IMG/VR virus record: IMGVR_UViG_3300027505_000001
Coordinates: 5,381-69,380 of that record
Reading direction: 5' to 3' (one strand)
DNA from: a virus
DNA length: 64,000 bases
In this document: positions 24,430 to 34,122 of the stretch, piece by piece
Layout: the number at the start of each line of letters is the position of its first letter
How positions within the stretch are numbered: position 1 is the first letter of the stretch
Translations under genes and position numbers: made by a program
The notes under the pieces: generated by a model
Told to the model about the DNA's origin: nothing
Database searches by the model: none
Seen by the model: only the letters and a program-made list of their open reading frames with translations

Positions 24430-26593
24430 CACGATACCACTTAGCCGGCGGCCCCTTCTTACCGGGCCGCTTTTCTATTTTTACCTTTCCACTCTCTATC
24501 ATGCCGTCAATATGGTCCGCTATCGCGGCCTTTTTCATGGTGCGCGCCAGAAAGCGCAGCACATCCGAATGGCTGATTTCACGCTTGGACTTTATAAGCT
24601 GGTATATTTTGTCGTATGACTTTGTGTGTCCGATTTCGTCCTTTACCATTTTATCGTGCGCTTCGTGAGCGAGCAGGCGGCCGCAAATATCGGCCAATTC
24701 GACAGCCCATTGGATATCGTCAACGTTAATTTCCGCAGCGTCTCCGGCGCGTCCGATAGCTCTAATAGTGGCCAAGCGAACGGCCATTTCGGCGCTGCGC
24801 GCGATGAAGCACTCAAGGCTTTGGTCGGCGTTGATGCGACTATCGACGTAATCTTCATAGTTCTCATAGATGAGTTTTGCCGCCACGCTCTCCCATGGCA
24901 CTGTCACAGGCGGCCGCGCAAGCTTAGACGGGTCATCCGGAGTCCACAGCGCTTGCAGTCGCGCCGCCAATTCAGGCGGTACATTGCGCGCGCTCTTAGG
25001 ATTCTTCTCTCGCTTCACATCGCCGCTTATCGACAGCACAAGGAACCGATTGAGCGTTCCATTCGACAGGTCACCGTCACCAAGCGCTTCATAGAATTCT
25101 GCGTGCGTGGATGCGCCTAGGATTGATAGCGCCGGCCACCGTATCGTCGAGGACTTGCGGCCGGCGTAGGCCGGCGTAGTGATAAGGTCGAACGATGAGC
25201 CCCACGCGGTGCGTAGGACCTTAGTGACATTCTTCTCCCAGCCCGATGCGCGCTTAGCTGTGATTCGCTTCAAGAAGCTGCCAAACTCGTCCATTGGACA
25301 CAACGAGCAAGGCTGGTCCACCATAGTGTTATTGACGGCGCTGTCGGTCGTGAACTCAGACGCGCCTAGTAGGTGATTGGCCTTTGCCGCGTCGAGTAGC
25401 CGGCCGGCTGACTTCAATGGGTGGTCTTTGCCGCTCCCGGTGCGCCCCAGCATAAGCACGTACAAGTGCGTTCCGGAGTCCGTCGGCCCCCCTACGCGGC
25501 GGCCAATCAACGTCCCGATAGTCGTCAGCGCGGTGCCGAGCGCAAGGATACGATTAGGCACACGTGCGGTGCTCACCACCCATTCGATGATTTCGCCTAC
25601 TAGGCCCGGAACGTCGCGCGTAAGCGGCTCGATTGACTTGAAAGCCTCGACTACTTCGCCGGTGTCGGGGTCGTGGTCCATCTGTGCAGGCACTTCGTCA
25701 AAAAAGTGCGGCGGGTCTAGCGGCTTCAGCCGGCCGCTGTTGTAGCCGCTCTTGTACGTATCATTGAATGCTTTAAGGCCGTCGTCCTGAATCATTCTGT
25801 TGCGGTGGCACGCGTCCTTAAACGCAGAGTAGATTTCGCTTTCTGATAACTTGCCCCACTCTACCATTCCGGCGATGTAGTGCACCTTTTCGTTGAGTAT
25901 GTTATTTCTGCTACCCTTGAATGTGCCAGCCACGTCATTCGCCGCGCCTTCTAGCGACGCGACAGCGTAGTGGTGCAGCCTGTCGATGGGCGGCTGCTCT
26001 ACTAGTGGGCTCTCGTTATTGGTCAATAGCTCCACGAACCATGCCGGCAACTCAGGTATCGTACCGGCTTTGTAGCTTTCAATAAGGTCAGGTGAGCCTT
26101 CGGCGAGCGTGTATAGCAGGTCAGTCTCCGCGCGGCCGCCTGATGATAGCGGAGAGCCCGCGGCGATAGTCGTGCCGACAGCGATGATGTACCCGCCACT
26201 GCCGCGGATGTTGATTCCTTTGCCGCGCAGCTTGCCTTCGCGATTGCCGAGCGTGTTGGAGTCGGGCTGGCGGAAAATGTGGTGAAATCCGTTCGGCGTC
26301 TTCACGCAAGGATGGTCTGGCAACGGCTCGTTGGCCGCTTCAAGCAGTTCGAAAGCCTCAATACCGTCCACGTCATCGACGTGTCGGTCCGGGTCAATGA
26401 CTAAGAGTCCGCTCTTCCCGCAGTCAATCGCAGGCAGGGATGCAGGATTCTGCCGCCACCATGTTGATACAATATCGATGTCGTTTGTGGATTGTTCGCT
26501 CCACTTGCCTACCTTGGGCTGCTTGTTCGACGAACAAGGGAAAATGTACAGGCCGGCCCACGCTAGGTCTAAAGCAGCCTGTACGTTGTTCAT
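24422..26593 (-). CDS. Bifunctional primase-polymerase with C-terminal DUF3987-like P-loop domain
   Basis: AALDLAWAGLYIFPC, LLVIDPDRH, VKTPNGFHHIF, NIRGSGGYII (Prim-Pol); LGRTGSGKDH and MDEFG in the C-terminal half. Confidence 0.9.
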   Translation of the reverse strand: MNNVQAALDLAWAGLYIFPCSSNKQPKVGKWSEQSTNDIDIVSTWWRQNPASLPAIDCGKSGLLVIDPDRHVDDVDGIEAFELLEAANEPLPDHPCVKTPNGFHHIFRQPDSNTLGNREGKLRGKGINIRGSGGYIIAVGTTIAAGSPLSSGGRAETDLLYTLAEGSPDLIESYKAGTIPELPAWFVELLTNNESPLVEQPPIDRLHHYAVASLEGAANDVAGTFKGSRNNILNEKVHYIAGMVEWGKLSESEIYSAFKDACHRNRMIQDDGLKAFNDTYKSGYNSGRLKPLDPPHFFDEVPAQMDHDPDTGEVVEAFKSIEPLTRDVPGLVGEIIEWVVSTARVPNRILALGTALTTIGTLIGRRVGGPTDSGTHLYVLMLGRTGSGKDHPLKSAGRLLDAAKANHLLGASEFTTDSAVNNTMVDQPCSLCPMDEFGSFLKRITAKRASGWEKNVTKVLRTAWGSSFDLITTPAYAGRKSSTIRWPALSILGASTHAEFYEALGDGDLSNGTLNRFLVLSISGDVKREKNPKSARNVPPELAARLQALWTPDDPSKLARPPVTVPWESVAAKLIYENYEDYVDSRINADQSLECFIARSAEMAVRLATIRAIGRAGDAAEINVDDIQWAVELADICGRLLAHEAHDKMVKDEIGHTKSYDKIYQLIKSKREISHSDVLRFLARTMKKAAIADHIDGMIESGKVKIEKRPGKKGPPAKWYRAA
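24448..24474 (+). terminator. Rho-independent terminator for the rightward early genes
   Basis: GCGGCCC-loop-GGGCCGC-TTTT. Confidence 0.55.
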
Positions 26594-26616
26594 TATGCCA
26601 CCTGTCATATTTATAT

Positions 26617-26988
26617 TCAAAATGGAGCCGAATGTGACGTGATACGATTTACCATGGTAGTAGCGTATTCTTTTAGAAATCGCAGTCCGAATTCCGTTAT
26701 GTCTTGTTCACTGATTGTTTGCAGTACCGGCACAATGTCAGGATACTTGTCTGCTAGCATATCAAACATTGCCGCAACACCTTCCCGCACCGCACCGATT
26801 TCGAATTCGTCGCGTTTGATTTCACCCATGTTATATACCTTTTGTGCGATTTCTGTACAAGCTATATTGCCGCACAGCCACATAAGCTTTGCGCGGTCGT
26901 TGTGTCGATAGCCTATGTACGTGGCGCGGCGCGCGCATACGCCACACACGGCAGGCTCTTTGCTGTCACACAGCCTACGGATGCTCAT
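26617..26988 (-). CDS. Zinc-finger protein (DUF6511-like)
   Basis: CGVC...WLCGNIAC; directly upstream of the primase. Confidence 0.6.
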   Translation of the reverse strand: MSIRRLCDSKEPAVCGVCARRATYIGYRHNDRAKLMWLCGNIACTEIAQKVYNMGEIKRDEFEIGAVREGVAAMFDMLADKYPDIVPVLQTISEQDITEFGLRFLKEYATTMVNRITSHSAPF

Positions 26989-27140
26989 GTTTCGGCGTCC
27001 TGTGCTGCACGCAACGCAGCATATGCCGTTTCAAGATATTTATTCCATGTGTCTTCGTCGAGTGGCAGTTCGTGCGGCGGGAACATGCACTTGATAATCG
27101 CCATTGCTGCGGCTTCTTGCATCTCGTAGGTGATTTTCAT
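26985..27140 (-). CDS. Small hypothetical protein (51 aa)
   Basis: MKITYEMQEAAAMAIIKCMF..., ATGA overlaps on both sides. Confidence 0.5.
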   Translation of the reverse strand: MKITYEMQEAAAMAIIKCMFPPHELPLDEDTWNKYLETAYAALRAAQDAET

Positions 27141-27298
27141 TTCGGCTCTATCTTTCCAAGTTCTACGCCTTCTTCTGCGTCAAAGTATCCGTTTGACCAG
27201 TCCCATGATTGTCCGAACTTTTTTGGATTATCGTCGATATTATCTCCGCGCAAGAAAGCTAACCAGCCTTCCACGTAAGCGATATTCACAGGTTTCAT
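27137..27298 (-). CDS. Small hypothetical protein (53 aa)
   Basis: MKPVNIAYVEGWLAF...WDWSNGY; ATGA overlaps on both sides. Confidence 0.5.
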   Translation of the reverse strand: MKPVNIAYVEGWLAFLRGDNIDDNPKKFGQSWDWSNGYFDAEEGVELGKIEPK

Positions 27299-27486
27299 GT
27301 TGCCAACTCCGCTCTAATGTAGGCTAATATATAGGATATGGCATCTTCTTTCCTGACAGTGCTACTAGAATGTACACCTCTTTCGCTTTCTATTCCCCAA
27401 ATCCAGTTGTGTCCGCTTAAATTGCATTCTGGTCTATATTGCAATGTTGCGATGAAGTTCATAGTCTCTTTCTTACCTGTTGTCAT
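27295..27486 (-). CDS. Hypothetical protein
   Basis: 63 aa, overlap-coupled. Confidence 0.5.
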   Translation of the reverse strand: MTTGKKETMNFIATLQYRPECNLSGHNWIWGIESERGVHSSSTVRKEDAISYILAYIRAELAT

Positions 27487-29141
27487 GTTGTTAACTCCAC
27501 CATTCTAGCTGTTAGACGTTCGTCCACTTCGAATACTACACCGTCACGCTCAAGCCTATACCTAAGTACGCGCCACCACTCACCGTCTTTAATTACCATG
27601 ATTTCGTGAGCTATAGCAAGTTCGTCGGTGCGCTGTATTGCTTCATCGGTAGTTTTAGGAAACGGAACAGCGCCCCCCATGGCGCGCCACCACGCAGTCG
27701 CGCGTCCTTTTGCGACGCCTGTATGTTCAAAGCAAACCCATTCGTTGTATGTAGTAATACCGCACACATATATCACCTTCATGGATGGCGGCTTGCCTTC
27801 TTTGTGGTGCTCGTTAATTAGTATGTCATTAACTTTTATCCATTTGTTCACGATTTCACGCATCATAACTGGAAGCGCTTCCACCACGGCGCCATGGCGC
27901 GCCGGTGGCTCCGGCCACTGGTAAGCACAATTCGTGCATGTCAAAGCCGAAATCGTATTGAAGACTGTGCACGACGGGCACAGCTTCGCGCGTATCGACG
28001 ACGGCTCCGTCTTTTCTAGGCTTTGTCCTTTTTTTTTACTGCGAACGTTCACAGCATCAACCGGTCCATGCCGACGTACGTTGCCACCAAAATCGCATAC
28101 GATGCACTCATTTTTTCCCGGCGAGAGGCGCGTCCCGCGTCCCAACATTTGAACGTACTTGCTAGTCGATAGTGTGGACGTGAGCAACGCCACCAAGTCA
28201 ATGTGTTTGACGTTGAAGCCGGTAGTTAACACTTGCGCATTAGTCAACGCGCGTAGGCGCCCTTCGCTGAAGGCGCGGATGATATTGTCGCGTTCGCCGC
28301 TAGGAGTTTCGCCGTTTATGGTGGCGCATAGTATATTACGCCGCTGCAAAGCATAGCAAACCTGGGCGGCATGCTGGACGCCACTACAAAAGACAAGCCA
28401 CCCGCGCCTATCGTGTCCGTATCGTACAAGTTCATCGCAAGCCGCGTCCACCACATCGTTGCGGCTTGCAGCTTCTTCGAGTCCCTTTGCGGCGAAGTCT
28501 CCAAGTACTTTTTTGACTCGGCTAACGTCGATCTCAGTCTCCATTGCCGGCGATATTAGTGGCGACAGATAGCCGTCTTCGACGCCGCGCGCCAAGTCAT
28601 ACTGGTAAACAGTTTCGTCGAATATACAATCTTTACCTTCGTCTAGTCTACCGCTATCTAGTCTATAGCCGGTGGCGGTAAGTCCGACAACACGTAAATC
28701 AGGAACTATTGTTCGCAGCGTCGTTAGAAGTGAACGGTACATGCCTTCGCCGTCTCGCGGCCACAAGTGACATTCATCAGCTATAATAACGTCGCGCGGT
28801 CCCAGCTTGTTGGCGCATTTATAAAGCGATTGTATTGAGCCTATAATAATTTGTGAATTCCTGTTGCGCATTCCAAGGCCGGCCGAATTAATACCGAGTG
28901 GAGCCTGTGGCCATAGGCTCATAAGCTCACTAGCATTTTGTCTTACTAACTCACGAGTGTGGACTAGTGACAATATTCTGATATTCCTATCGAACTCGAT
29001 AAGTTCCTTGCTTAGCGTTGCATTTACCAAAGATTTGCCAGTTCCGGTGGCCATCTCCACCAACGGGTTACCGCCGCCATTCGACCAGTAGTCGTATACG
29101 GCGTCGCAAGCATCCCTTTGATAATACCGCAACTGTATCAT
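27483..29141 (-). CDS. Superfamily 2 helicase
   Basis: LRYYQ, ATGTGKS, DECH, GLTAT, VLTTGFN, YVQMLGRGTR; C-terminal CPSC/CTNC zinc finger. Confidence 0.95.
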   Translation of the reverse strand: MIQLRYYQRDACDAVYDYWSNGGGNPLVEMATGTGKSLVNATLSKELIEFDRNIRILSLVHTRELVRQNASELMSLWPQAPLGINSAGLGMRNRNSQIIIGSIQSLYKCANKLGPRDVIIADECHLWPRDGEGMYRSLLTTLRTIVPDLRVVGLTATGYRLDSGRLDEGKDCIFDETVYQYDLARGVEDGYLSPLISPAMETEIDVSRVKKVLGDFAAKGLEEAASRNDVVDAACDELVRYGHDRRGWLVFCSGVQHAAQVCYALQRRNILCATINGETPSGERDNIIRAFSEGRLRALTNAQVLTTGFNVKHIDLVALLTSTLSTSKYVQMLGRGTRLSPGKNECIVCDFGGNVRRHGPVDAVNVRSKKKGQSLEKTEPSSIRAKLCPSCTVFNTISALTCTNCAYQWPEPPARHGAVVEALPVMMREIVNKWIKVNDILINEHHKEGKPPSMKVIYVCGITTYNEWVCFEHTGVAKGRATAWWRAMGGAVPFPKTTDEAIQRTDELAIAHEIMVIKDGEWWRVLRYRLERDGVVFEVDERLTARMVELTT

Positions 29142-29278
29142 ATCGTTATGCTCGTCGTAAGCACCGCTGCCGCGGTCCAGTAGATTGCATGTCGCCAGTC
29201 GCCATAGAAGCCGTACACCGCTGCGGATATGCAGTTGAGTGCAATGGATACGAATGGCGCGATTTGTACTAGCATCAT
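29138..29278 (-). CDS. Small membrane protein (46 aa)
   Basis: MMLVQIAPFVSIALNCISAAVYGFYGDWRHAIYWTAAAVLTTSITI*; coupled overlaps. Confidence 0.45.
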   Translation of the reverse strand: MMLVQIAPFVSIALNCISAAVYGFYGDWRHAIYWTAAAVLTTSITI

Positions 29279-29427
29279 TTTTGAAACACAGCGTCGAATA
29301 GGTCGTCTTCGATTATGTTTTGTATTATTGCAACTATTAGTTCTTGAATAGTATCAAATCTTCGATTGTTAACTTGGTCGATAAGTTCGGCGGTTTCTTC
29401 TTCACTGAAGCAGTATTCGATATTCAT
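29275..29427 (-). CDS. Small acidic protein (50 aa)
   Basis: MNIEYCFSEEETAELID..., GGAG RBS. Confidence 0.45.
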   Translation of the reverse strand: MNIEYCFSEEETAELIDQVNNRRFDTIQELIVAIIQNIIEDDLFDAVFQK

Positions 29428-29463
29428 GCTAAGTCTCCATTGCACATGACACGCGGCATAGCG

Positions 29464-30225
29464 TTAGGCGTCGGCGAAGTCAAGCTTTATCTGTTTTTTT
29501 GGCATAGGAGCCTCGAATAAATCATTCTGTTTCAAAGTCTGAGAAATCCTGCGGCACGCCAAATCGAACCATTTCGGCGAGAGTTCTATACCTATGAATT
29601 TTCGCCCTAGCCTGTGGGCCGCAAGGCCAGTTGACCCGCTCCCCATGAACGGGTCGCAAATGGTGTCGAGTGGATTTGTAAAAAGTGTAACAAGTTCGCA
29701 CATTAGGCTTATAGGCTTCTCTGTTTTGTGTTCACCCTGACGGCTTGAAGGATTTACAAGGTGCGTGAAGACGCCACGGCGTCCACCGCCATTCCAACGG
29801 CTGTGTCCTGCGGCGCACCACGCAGTAATGATACACTCGTGGCCTAGGGCCGGCCCCTGTGCGTTGAATTGGGGAGCGCTGTCAGGCTTAACCCATACGC
29901 AGGCCCTCTTGTATCGTGCACCAGCGGCTTCGATAGCGTCGCGCCATGGTGCTACACCTTCGGTGGTTGCGAACACCAATAGCCACCCATTAGATGATTT
30001 CGTCATTAGACGCGCCGCGTCTTCTCGAATACCTTCTATAGAGTCGAAATCAAGAACTGCGCGCTCTTTAGCGCCGTCAGTCCTGTGTATGATTTGTTCA
30101 CGGTCGTGCATGTGGTGCTCATATGGCGGGTCGGTAATGACATGCGTTACGCCAGTGATAGTTGGCAGTATATCTAGACAATTGCCCAGGTATAGTGTAA
30201 TGGTGTCTGATAGCTGTTCTATCAT
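29464..30225 (-). CDS. Amino-DNA methyltransferase (beta-type motif order)
   Basis: LGNCL, ITDPPY, HKTEKPISL, DPFMGSGSTG, FIGIE. Confidence 0.93.
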   Translation of the reverse strand: MIEQLSDTITLYLGNCLDILPTITGVTHVITDPPYEHHMHDREQIIHRTDGAKERAVLDFDSIEGIREDAARLMTKSSNGWLLVFATTEGVAPWRDAIEAAGARYKRACVWVKPDSAPQFNAQGPALGHECIITAWCAAGHSRWNGGGRRGVFTHLVNPSSRQGEHKTEKPISLMCELVTLFTNPLDTICDPFMGSGSTGLAAHRLGRKFIGIELSPKWFDLACRRISQTLKQNDLFEAPMPKKQIKLDFADA

Positions 30226-31166
30226 ACTGCTTCATCCGTCCAATGTTGGCCGTCTGCCATTTCGTACAAAATCCAGTCGTCATCTGCGTCCACCTGTTCA
30301 CCTGGTACGACATCAGGCAAAAATCGATGCTCACGACAGCCGTGCTTCTGTTGTTCTAGCGGTAACTCGATGTCATGATTTTCGCACTGCCATGTAGGCT
30401 CAGTTGCGCCTTCGATGACGACTGGCGTGGAGTGAATGCACGTCCTGCAGTTAACGCGGCCGAATTCCTGCTTTGAGCACACAGGCTTGTGCTTGCAGAA
30501 TATGCAAGGATATTTATCAGGCTTCTCCGATATCTTTGCCGGAGCTTCGTTTGAATGGATAATCCTGTCGATACGCGCGTTGAGTTGTCTTAGTGCCGCA
30601 ACGTCGTATTCGACGATTTCACGGTGCAAATCTTCGTCATTCATGTTTGTGCATATATATAAGCACTTTGCTTTCGAGCGCAGTTGCATATATTTCTGAC
30701 ATTGCATGTAATGTGCCGGCTTGGCGTGTTGAATGCCGTGCTTTACGACTTCCTTAAAGTTTTTGTCGTTGTGTGATTTACACTCGACGACAACCCATTC
30801 GCCAGGGCATTCAGGAACGTTGTGCGCCTCGGCGTCAAGCTTACCGCGCACATGTCCTCCGTGGCTATAGACGCGCCATTGTTCGCCTGTGCTAGGGTCT
30901 TTTTCTACAACTTCAATGCATGCGCGTCGCAAATCTTCAAGCAATCGCAATTCTTCGTTATTTCCTCTTTCGAAAATTCTAAGTTTCTTCCCCGTGAAGA
31001 CTTCCGGCTCGGAAGTCCACCGGAAATTGTACCAGAGTTGCCTATCGCATTCGGAACCAAGTTCCGACATGTTGATACCAACGGAGTCCCGACTCTTTTG
31101 TGCGTCTTCTCGTGCTTTCCAGATTGCGGAAATTGTGGACGGTGGTGGCGCTTCGATTTTTGCCAT
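30222..31166 (-). CDS. PD-(D/E)XK (Cas4/RecB-like) exonuclease
   Basis: SELGSECDRQLWY, GKLDAE, VVECKSHN, HYMQCQKYM, CIFC/CRTC cysteine clusters. Confidence 0.88.
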   Translation of the reverse strand: MAKIEAPPPSTISAIWKAREDAQKSRDSVGINMSELGSECDRQLWYNFRWTSEPEVFTGKKLRIFERGNNEELRLLEDLRRACIEVVEKDPSTGEQWRVYSHGGHVRGKLDAEAHNVPECPGEWVVVECKSHNDKNFKEVVKHGIQHAKPAHYMQCQKYMQLRSKAKCLYICTNMNDEDLHREIVEYDVAALRQLNARIDRIIHSNEAPAKISEKPDKYPCIFCKHKPVCSKQEFGRVNCRTCIHSTPVVIEGATEPTWQCENHDIELPLEQQKHGCREHRFLPDVVPGEQVDADDDWILYEMADGQHWTDEAV

Positions 31167-31176
31167 GATTGCACCT

Positions 31177-31347
31177 TTACAGAAGGTCTAGGAACTTGAC
31201 GCCCGGCACCTTCATTTCGATTAGTAATTGCGCAACGTCTTCTGCGGCGTCAGATAATACTTTATCCCTGGCAGCGTAGGCGGCACTTCCGGCGGCCATG
31301 GCTGCGTTGGCGGCGTCGGCGGCCTTGGCGGCGGGTGTGATTTCCAT
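31177..31347 (-). CDS. Small Ala-rich hypothetical protein (56 aa)
   Basis: MEITPAAKAADAANAAMAAG..., GGAG RBS; not in the track. Confidence 0.5.
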   Translation of the reverse strand: MEITPAAKAADAANAAMAAGSAAYAARDKVLSDAAEDVAQLLIEMKVPGVKFLDLL

Positions 31348-31399
31348 GGCAGTGACTCCAGTTGAATTGGCTACGGTGTACCCGTAGCTTTTTGTTACG

Positions 31400-31720
31400 T
31401 TATTTGTGAGATGCTTGGTGTAGTTTCCAGGCGAATAAGCGTAACTTATTCATGCTGTCGCCACACCAAAAAGTAACAGCGGACCTATCGTCGTCACGTC
31501 CTGGTATACAGTGTATATCAGCACACCAAAAAGTAACAGCGGACCTATCGTCGTCACGTCCTGGTATACAGTGTATATCAGGATGTGACTTAAGATAGAC
31601 GCGAATACCGAAATTTGTCATAGGCTTTCCGGTACGCGCGCTTATGTAATCCGCAGTCACTACTTCGAAACCCGGATTTTCAACCGGATTTAGTTCCTCA
31701 GTATAGACATTTATTCTCAT
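31400..31720 (-). CDS. Hypothetical protein with an internal 20-aa duplication
   Basis: MRINVYTEEL...; ATGA overlap at 31717-31720. Confidence 0.6.
   Translation of the reverse strand: MRINVYTEELNPVENPGFEVVTADYISARTGKPMTNFGIRVYLKSHPDIHCIPGRDDDRSAVTFWCADIHCIPGRDDDRSAVTFWCGDSMNKLRLFAWKLHQASHK
31462..31581. repeat. Perfect 60-bp tandem duplication
   Basis: CACACCAAAAAGTAACAGCGGACCTATCGTCGTCACGTCCTGGTATACAGTGTATATCAG occurs twice. Confidence 0.95.
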
Positions 31721-32259
31721 GCCGTTGCCCCAGGCTTGCGCCAAGTGCGCGGGCCGCTAATCACCCCAGGATTTGCAACTGTATTCCCCTGCATGGCAGC
31801 TTCCTGTACGGTTTGTGTCTTCTTCACCAACTGCGGCTTAGTTGCCGGCGCTTGCGCGCTATATGCGCGTACTGACTTAACTTCGTTTTTCTTCTCGTAT
31901 CCAGGCGAACCCTTATCTAGGCCGATTTTCACCCAGCATGGTATGTGCATTAGAACATCAGCGTCTTCCACGATACCAACAAAGTTGGTGGCGTCGGCCA
32001 CTGCCTTGATTTGTCCTTGGCCAATTTCCATGGCCTTTATTGATTTGTTGATGAAGTTGATGCCCTGAAAGACGGATTGTCCTTCGTGCTCACCTTCAAC
32101 TACTTTCCATTGCAATGTAAGGCGCTTTCCGTTGCCATCCTTTGTGTCTTCAACTTTGTTGTTAACGACTTCCATAAGGTAGTCGCCAGGCGGAATATCG
32201 TAGAATCCTTGAGACGCCGTTAGCTTCGTGGTGTCGAGTATGATACCGAGACTTGCCAT
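31717..32259 (-). CDS. DUF669-family single-stranded DNA-binding protein
   Basis: IPPGDYLMEV, GKRLTLQWKVVEGEHEGQSVF, KNEVKSV; typical partner of AAA_24 ATPases. Confidence 0.8.
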   Translation of the reverse strand: MASLGIILDTTKLTASQGFYDIPPGDYLMEVVNNKVEDTKDGNGKRLTLQWKVVEGEHEGQSVFQGINFINKSIKAMEIGQGQIKAVADATNFVGIVEDADVLMHIPCWVKIGLDKGSPGYEKKNEVKSVRAYSAQAPATKPQLVKKTQTVQEAAMQGNTVANPGVISGPRTWRKPGATA

Positions 32260-32271
32260 TGTAGTGTGTCC

Positions 32272-33129
32272 TTATGCTGCTTGTTCTGTTGTTTCGGTGG
32301 TGTTTGTTTCGTCTTCTCCCGCAGGTTCCGGCGGTAGTACTCCGCCGTTTACGTGCGGGAAGTACTTGCTTAGAGTTTCGTAGCCGTGTCCTATCATGTA
32401 GGGGAATTTCTTTGGCATTCCAGGATATCGACTACCTGCCGTTAAGTTGGCTGCGCCGTCAGTCGTAATCCATCGTTGAGTCCCCCCGTCAGCTCGCACC
32501 CGTGTTTTCTTTTTACTGAACGCCATAGGGTCTTCAACAACACCTACGGCAACGTCGAGGTGCATAATTAGATCGCACCAATCTTGAACGATACCAAGCA
32601 CATGCTTGTTAAGACGTATCTCCCATTTGTTATAAGTCTTAGACGTTGGGTCGTTGAATGTTATAATTTCAGAATGTCCTATTAGATTTACTCCTATCCC
32701 TAGGTCTACAAGCCCCTGTAATCCCGGGTGCGTTGGTGTTCCGTACAAAAGCTGCTTCCAATAATAGCCGGCTATAACGTAACCTTTACCATATCCAGGT
32801 TCTTCAATATTTGCCCATTTGTTTTCTTTGCATACCAAATTGTTGATATGTGTATCGAGTCTGTCAGCCGTGTCAATTGTAACATACTTAGCGCCTGTTT
32901 CGTTCTCCGCAAGAACCATGATAGCGTCGAGAACGTCCTGGTAGCTTGAAATCTTACCAAAAGAAGTAATCTCCAAGCCTGCGGGTGTTCCCTGCTCAGT
33001 TTGTATCCAAAAATTTTTAGGAAACTCTGCTATGAGAGTTGTTTTCCCTATCTTTGGCCGCCCGTAGGTAAATGTACGCGGCGGGTCCGTGTTCTCTGTT
33101 CTTCTAAGACTCTTGATTGATATCGCCAT
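32272..33129 (-). CDS. AAA_24-family ATPase (Sak4-like recombination protein)
   Basis: YGRPKIGKTT, VTIDTADRL, GYGKGY, LIGHSE, WCDLI. Confidence 0.88.
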   Translation of the reverse strand: MAISIKSLRRTENTDPPRTFTYGRPKIGKTTLIAEFPKNFWIQTEQGTPAGLEITSFGKISSYQDVLDAIMVLAENETGAKYVTIDTADRLDTHINNLVCKENKWANIEEPGYGKGYVIAGYYWKQLLYGTPTHPGLQGLVDLGIGVNLIGHSEIITFNDPTSKTYNKWEIRLNKHVLGIVQDWCDLIMHLDVAVGVVEDPMAFSKKKTRVRADGGTQRWITTDGAANLTAGSRYPGMPKKFPYMIGHGYETLSKYFPHVNGGVLPPEPAGEDETNTTETTEQAA

Positions 33130-33170
33130 TTCCGTCTGCCTTTTGCTCTCTCTTCACTGCATGCCTTGTG

Positions 33171-33536
33171 TCATGAGACGTGGCATAAGTCAAGGCAAAT
33201 TTTGTTACCGCCTACATTTTTCCAAAATCCAGTGAATTTACCGCACCTATCGCACTGAAGAATTATCTTTTGCTTCAAAGGCTTAGTCTTCTTTACAGCT
33301 TTTAGCGGCTTGATTTCTTTTGCCTTGGATTTCCTGTAGTGAAGAATCGTCCAGCTTGTTCGGCCACCAAGTCGCAGCCCAATCCACACATCGCTTCTAC
33401 CTTCGCCGTGCAATACAAGGCACACCGAGCGCCGCGCGTTAAAGATTTGCGGCGCCTGTGACCCGCGGATTTTCAGCATGTCGCCTACCGTGACGCCATG
33501 CTCGGCGGCGGCGCGAATGATTTCATTGGCAGTCAT
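33171..33536 (-). CDS. DnaA C-terminal-like HTH protein
   Basis: IIRAAAEHGVTVGDML...ARR...SDVWIGLRLGGRTSWTILH pattern. Confidence 0.55.
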   Translation of the reverse strand: MTANEIIRAAAEHGVTVGDMLKIRGSQAPQIFNARRSVCLVLHGEGRSDVWIGLRLGGRTSWTILHYRKSKAKEIKPLKAVKKTKPLKQKIILQCDRCGKFTGFWKNVGGNKICLDLCHVS

Positions 33537-33928
33537 GGCGATTTCTCTGAAATCACGCCTAAATCTATGAGATTTCGCACGATTTCTTCTGGATTGTACG
33601 AAATCCTGTATTTGCCGCCATTGCTGACAAATTTGTCACGAAATTCTACTTGACTTGGTGAAAGTCCACCATACTTATGGTTGCGGTATTTCTCTATCTT
33701 CAACTCAAGGTACTTTACGATGCCGCCAGCGAAAGGGAACGTCCAGTCCGGAACGCCTGGCTTCACGCCGAAGTGTTTGAACCTTTTTCCCTCACTAGGA
33801 GTTCTATAACCACCGTTAGGCGTGTGGTAGTAGTCTAGCGCTAAGAGTCGTCCTTCGGACGCGCACATGTCCAGGTGTTCCTTTGTGAACACCTGGAGCT
33901 CGTCTTCTGTAGGATTTCTATTCTCCAC
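33533..33928 (-). CDS. VRR-NUC nuclease
   Basis: GVKPGVPDWTF, YLELK, GGLSPSQVEF. Confidence 0.85.
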   Translation of the reverse strand: MENRNPTEDELQVFTKEHLDMCASEGRLLALDYYHTPNGGYRTPSEGKRFKHFGVKPGVPDWTFPFAGGIVKYLELKIEKYRNHKYGGLSPSQVEFRDKFVSNGGKYRISYNPEEIVRNLIDLGVISEKSP

Positions 33929-33947
33929 TTTTTATCCTCGTGTGGTG

Positions 33948-34094
33948 CGGCTACGTGGCATGACACGTAGAATAAGAAGTTTGGTAGCTAATGCAAGGAA
34001 AAAAGTTCAAGGTGTCAGCAATGTTTTTACTTGACATCTGGCATGACATGTTGCATATGTGCGGTGTACGATGAAATGAAATGCCACTTGCCAA
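33948..34094. promoter_or_regulatory. Divergent genetic-switch region with about five operator copies
   Basis: GGCTACGTGGCATGACACGTAGAAT; TTGACATCTGGCATGACATGTTGCATATG (TTGACA-N17-CATATG at 34031-34059); ATGCCACTTGCCAA at 34081. Confidence 0.75.
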
Positions 34095-34122
34095 GACAGG
34101 AGACATGAGCTAGGATGGTGAT

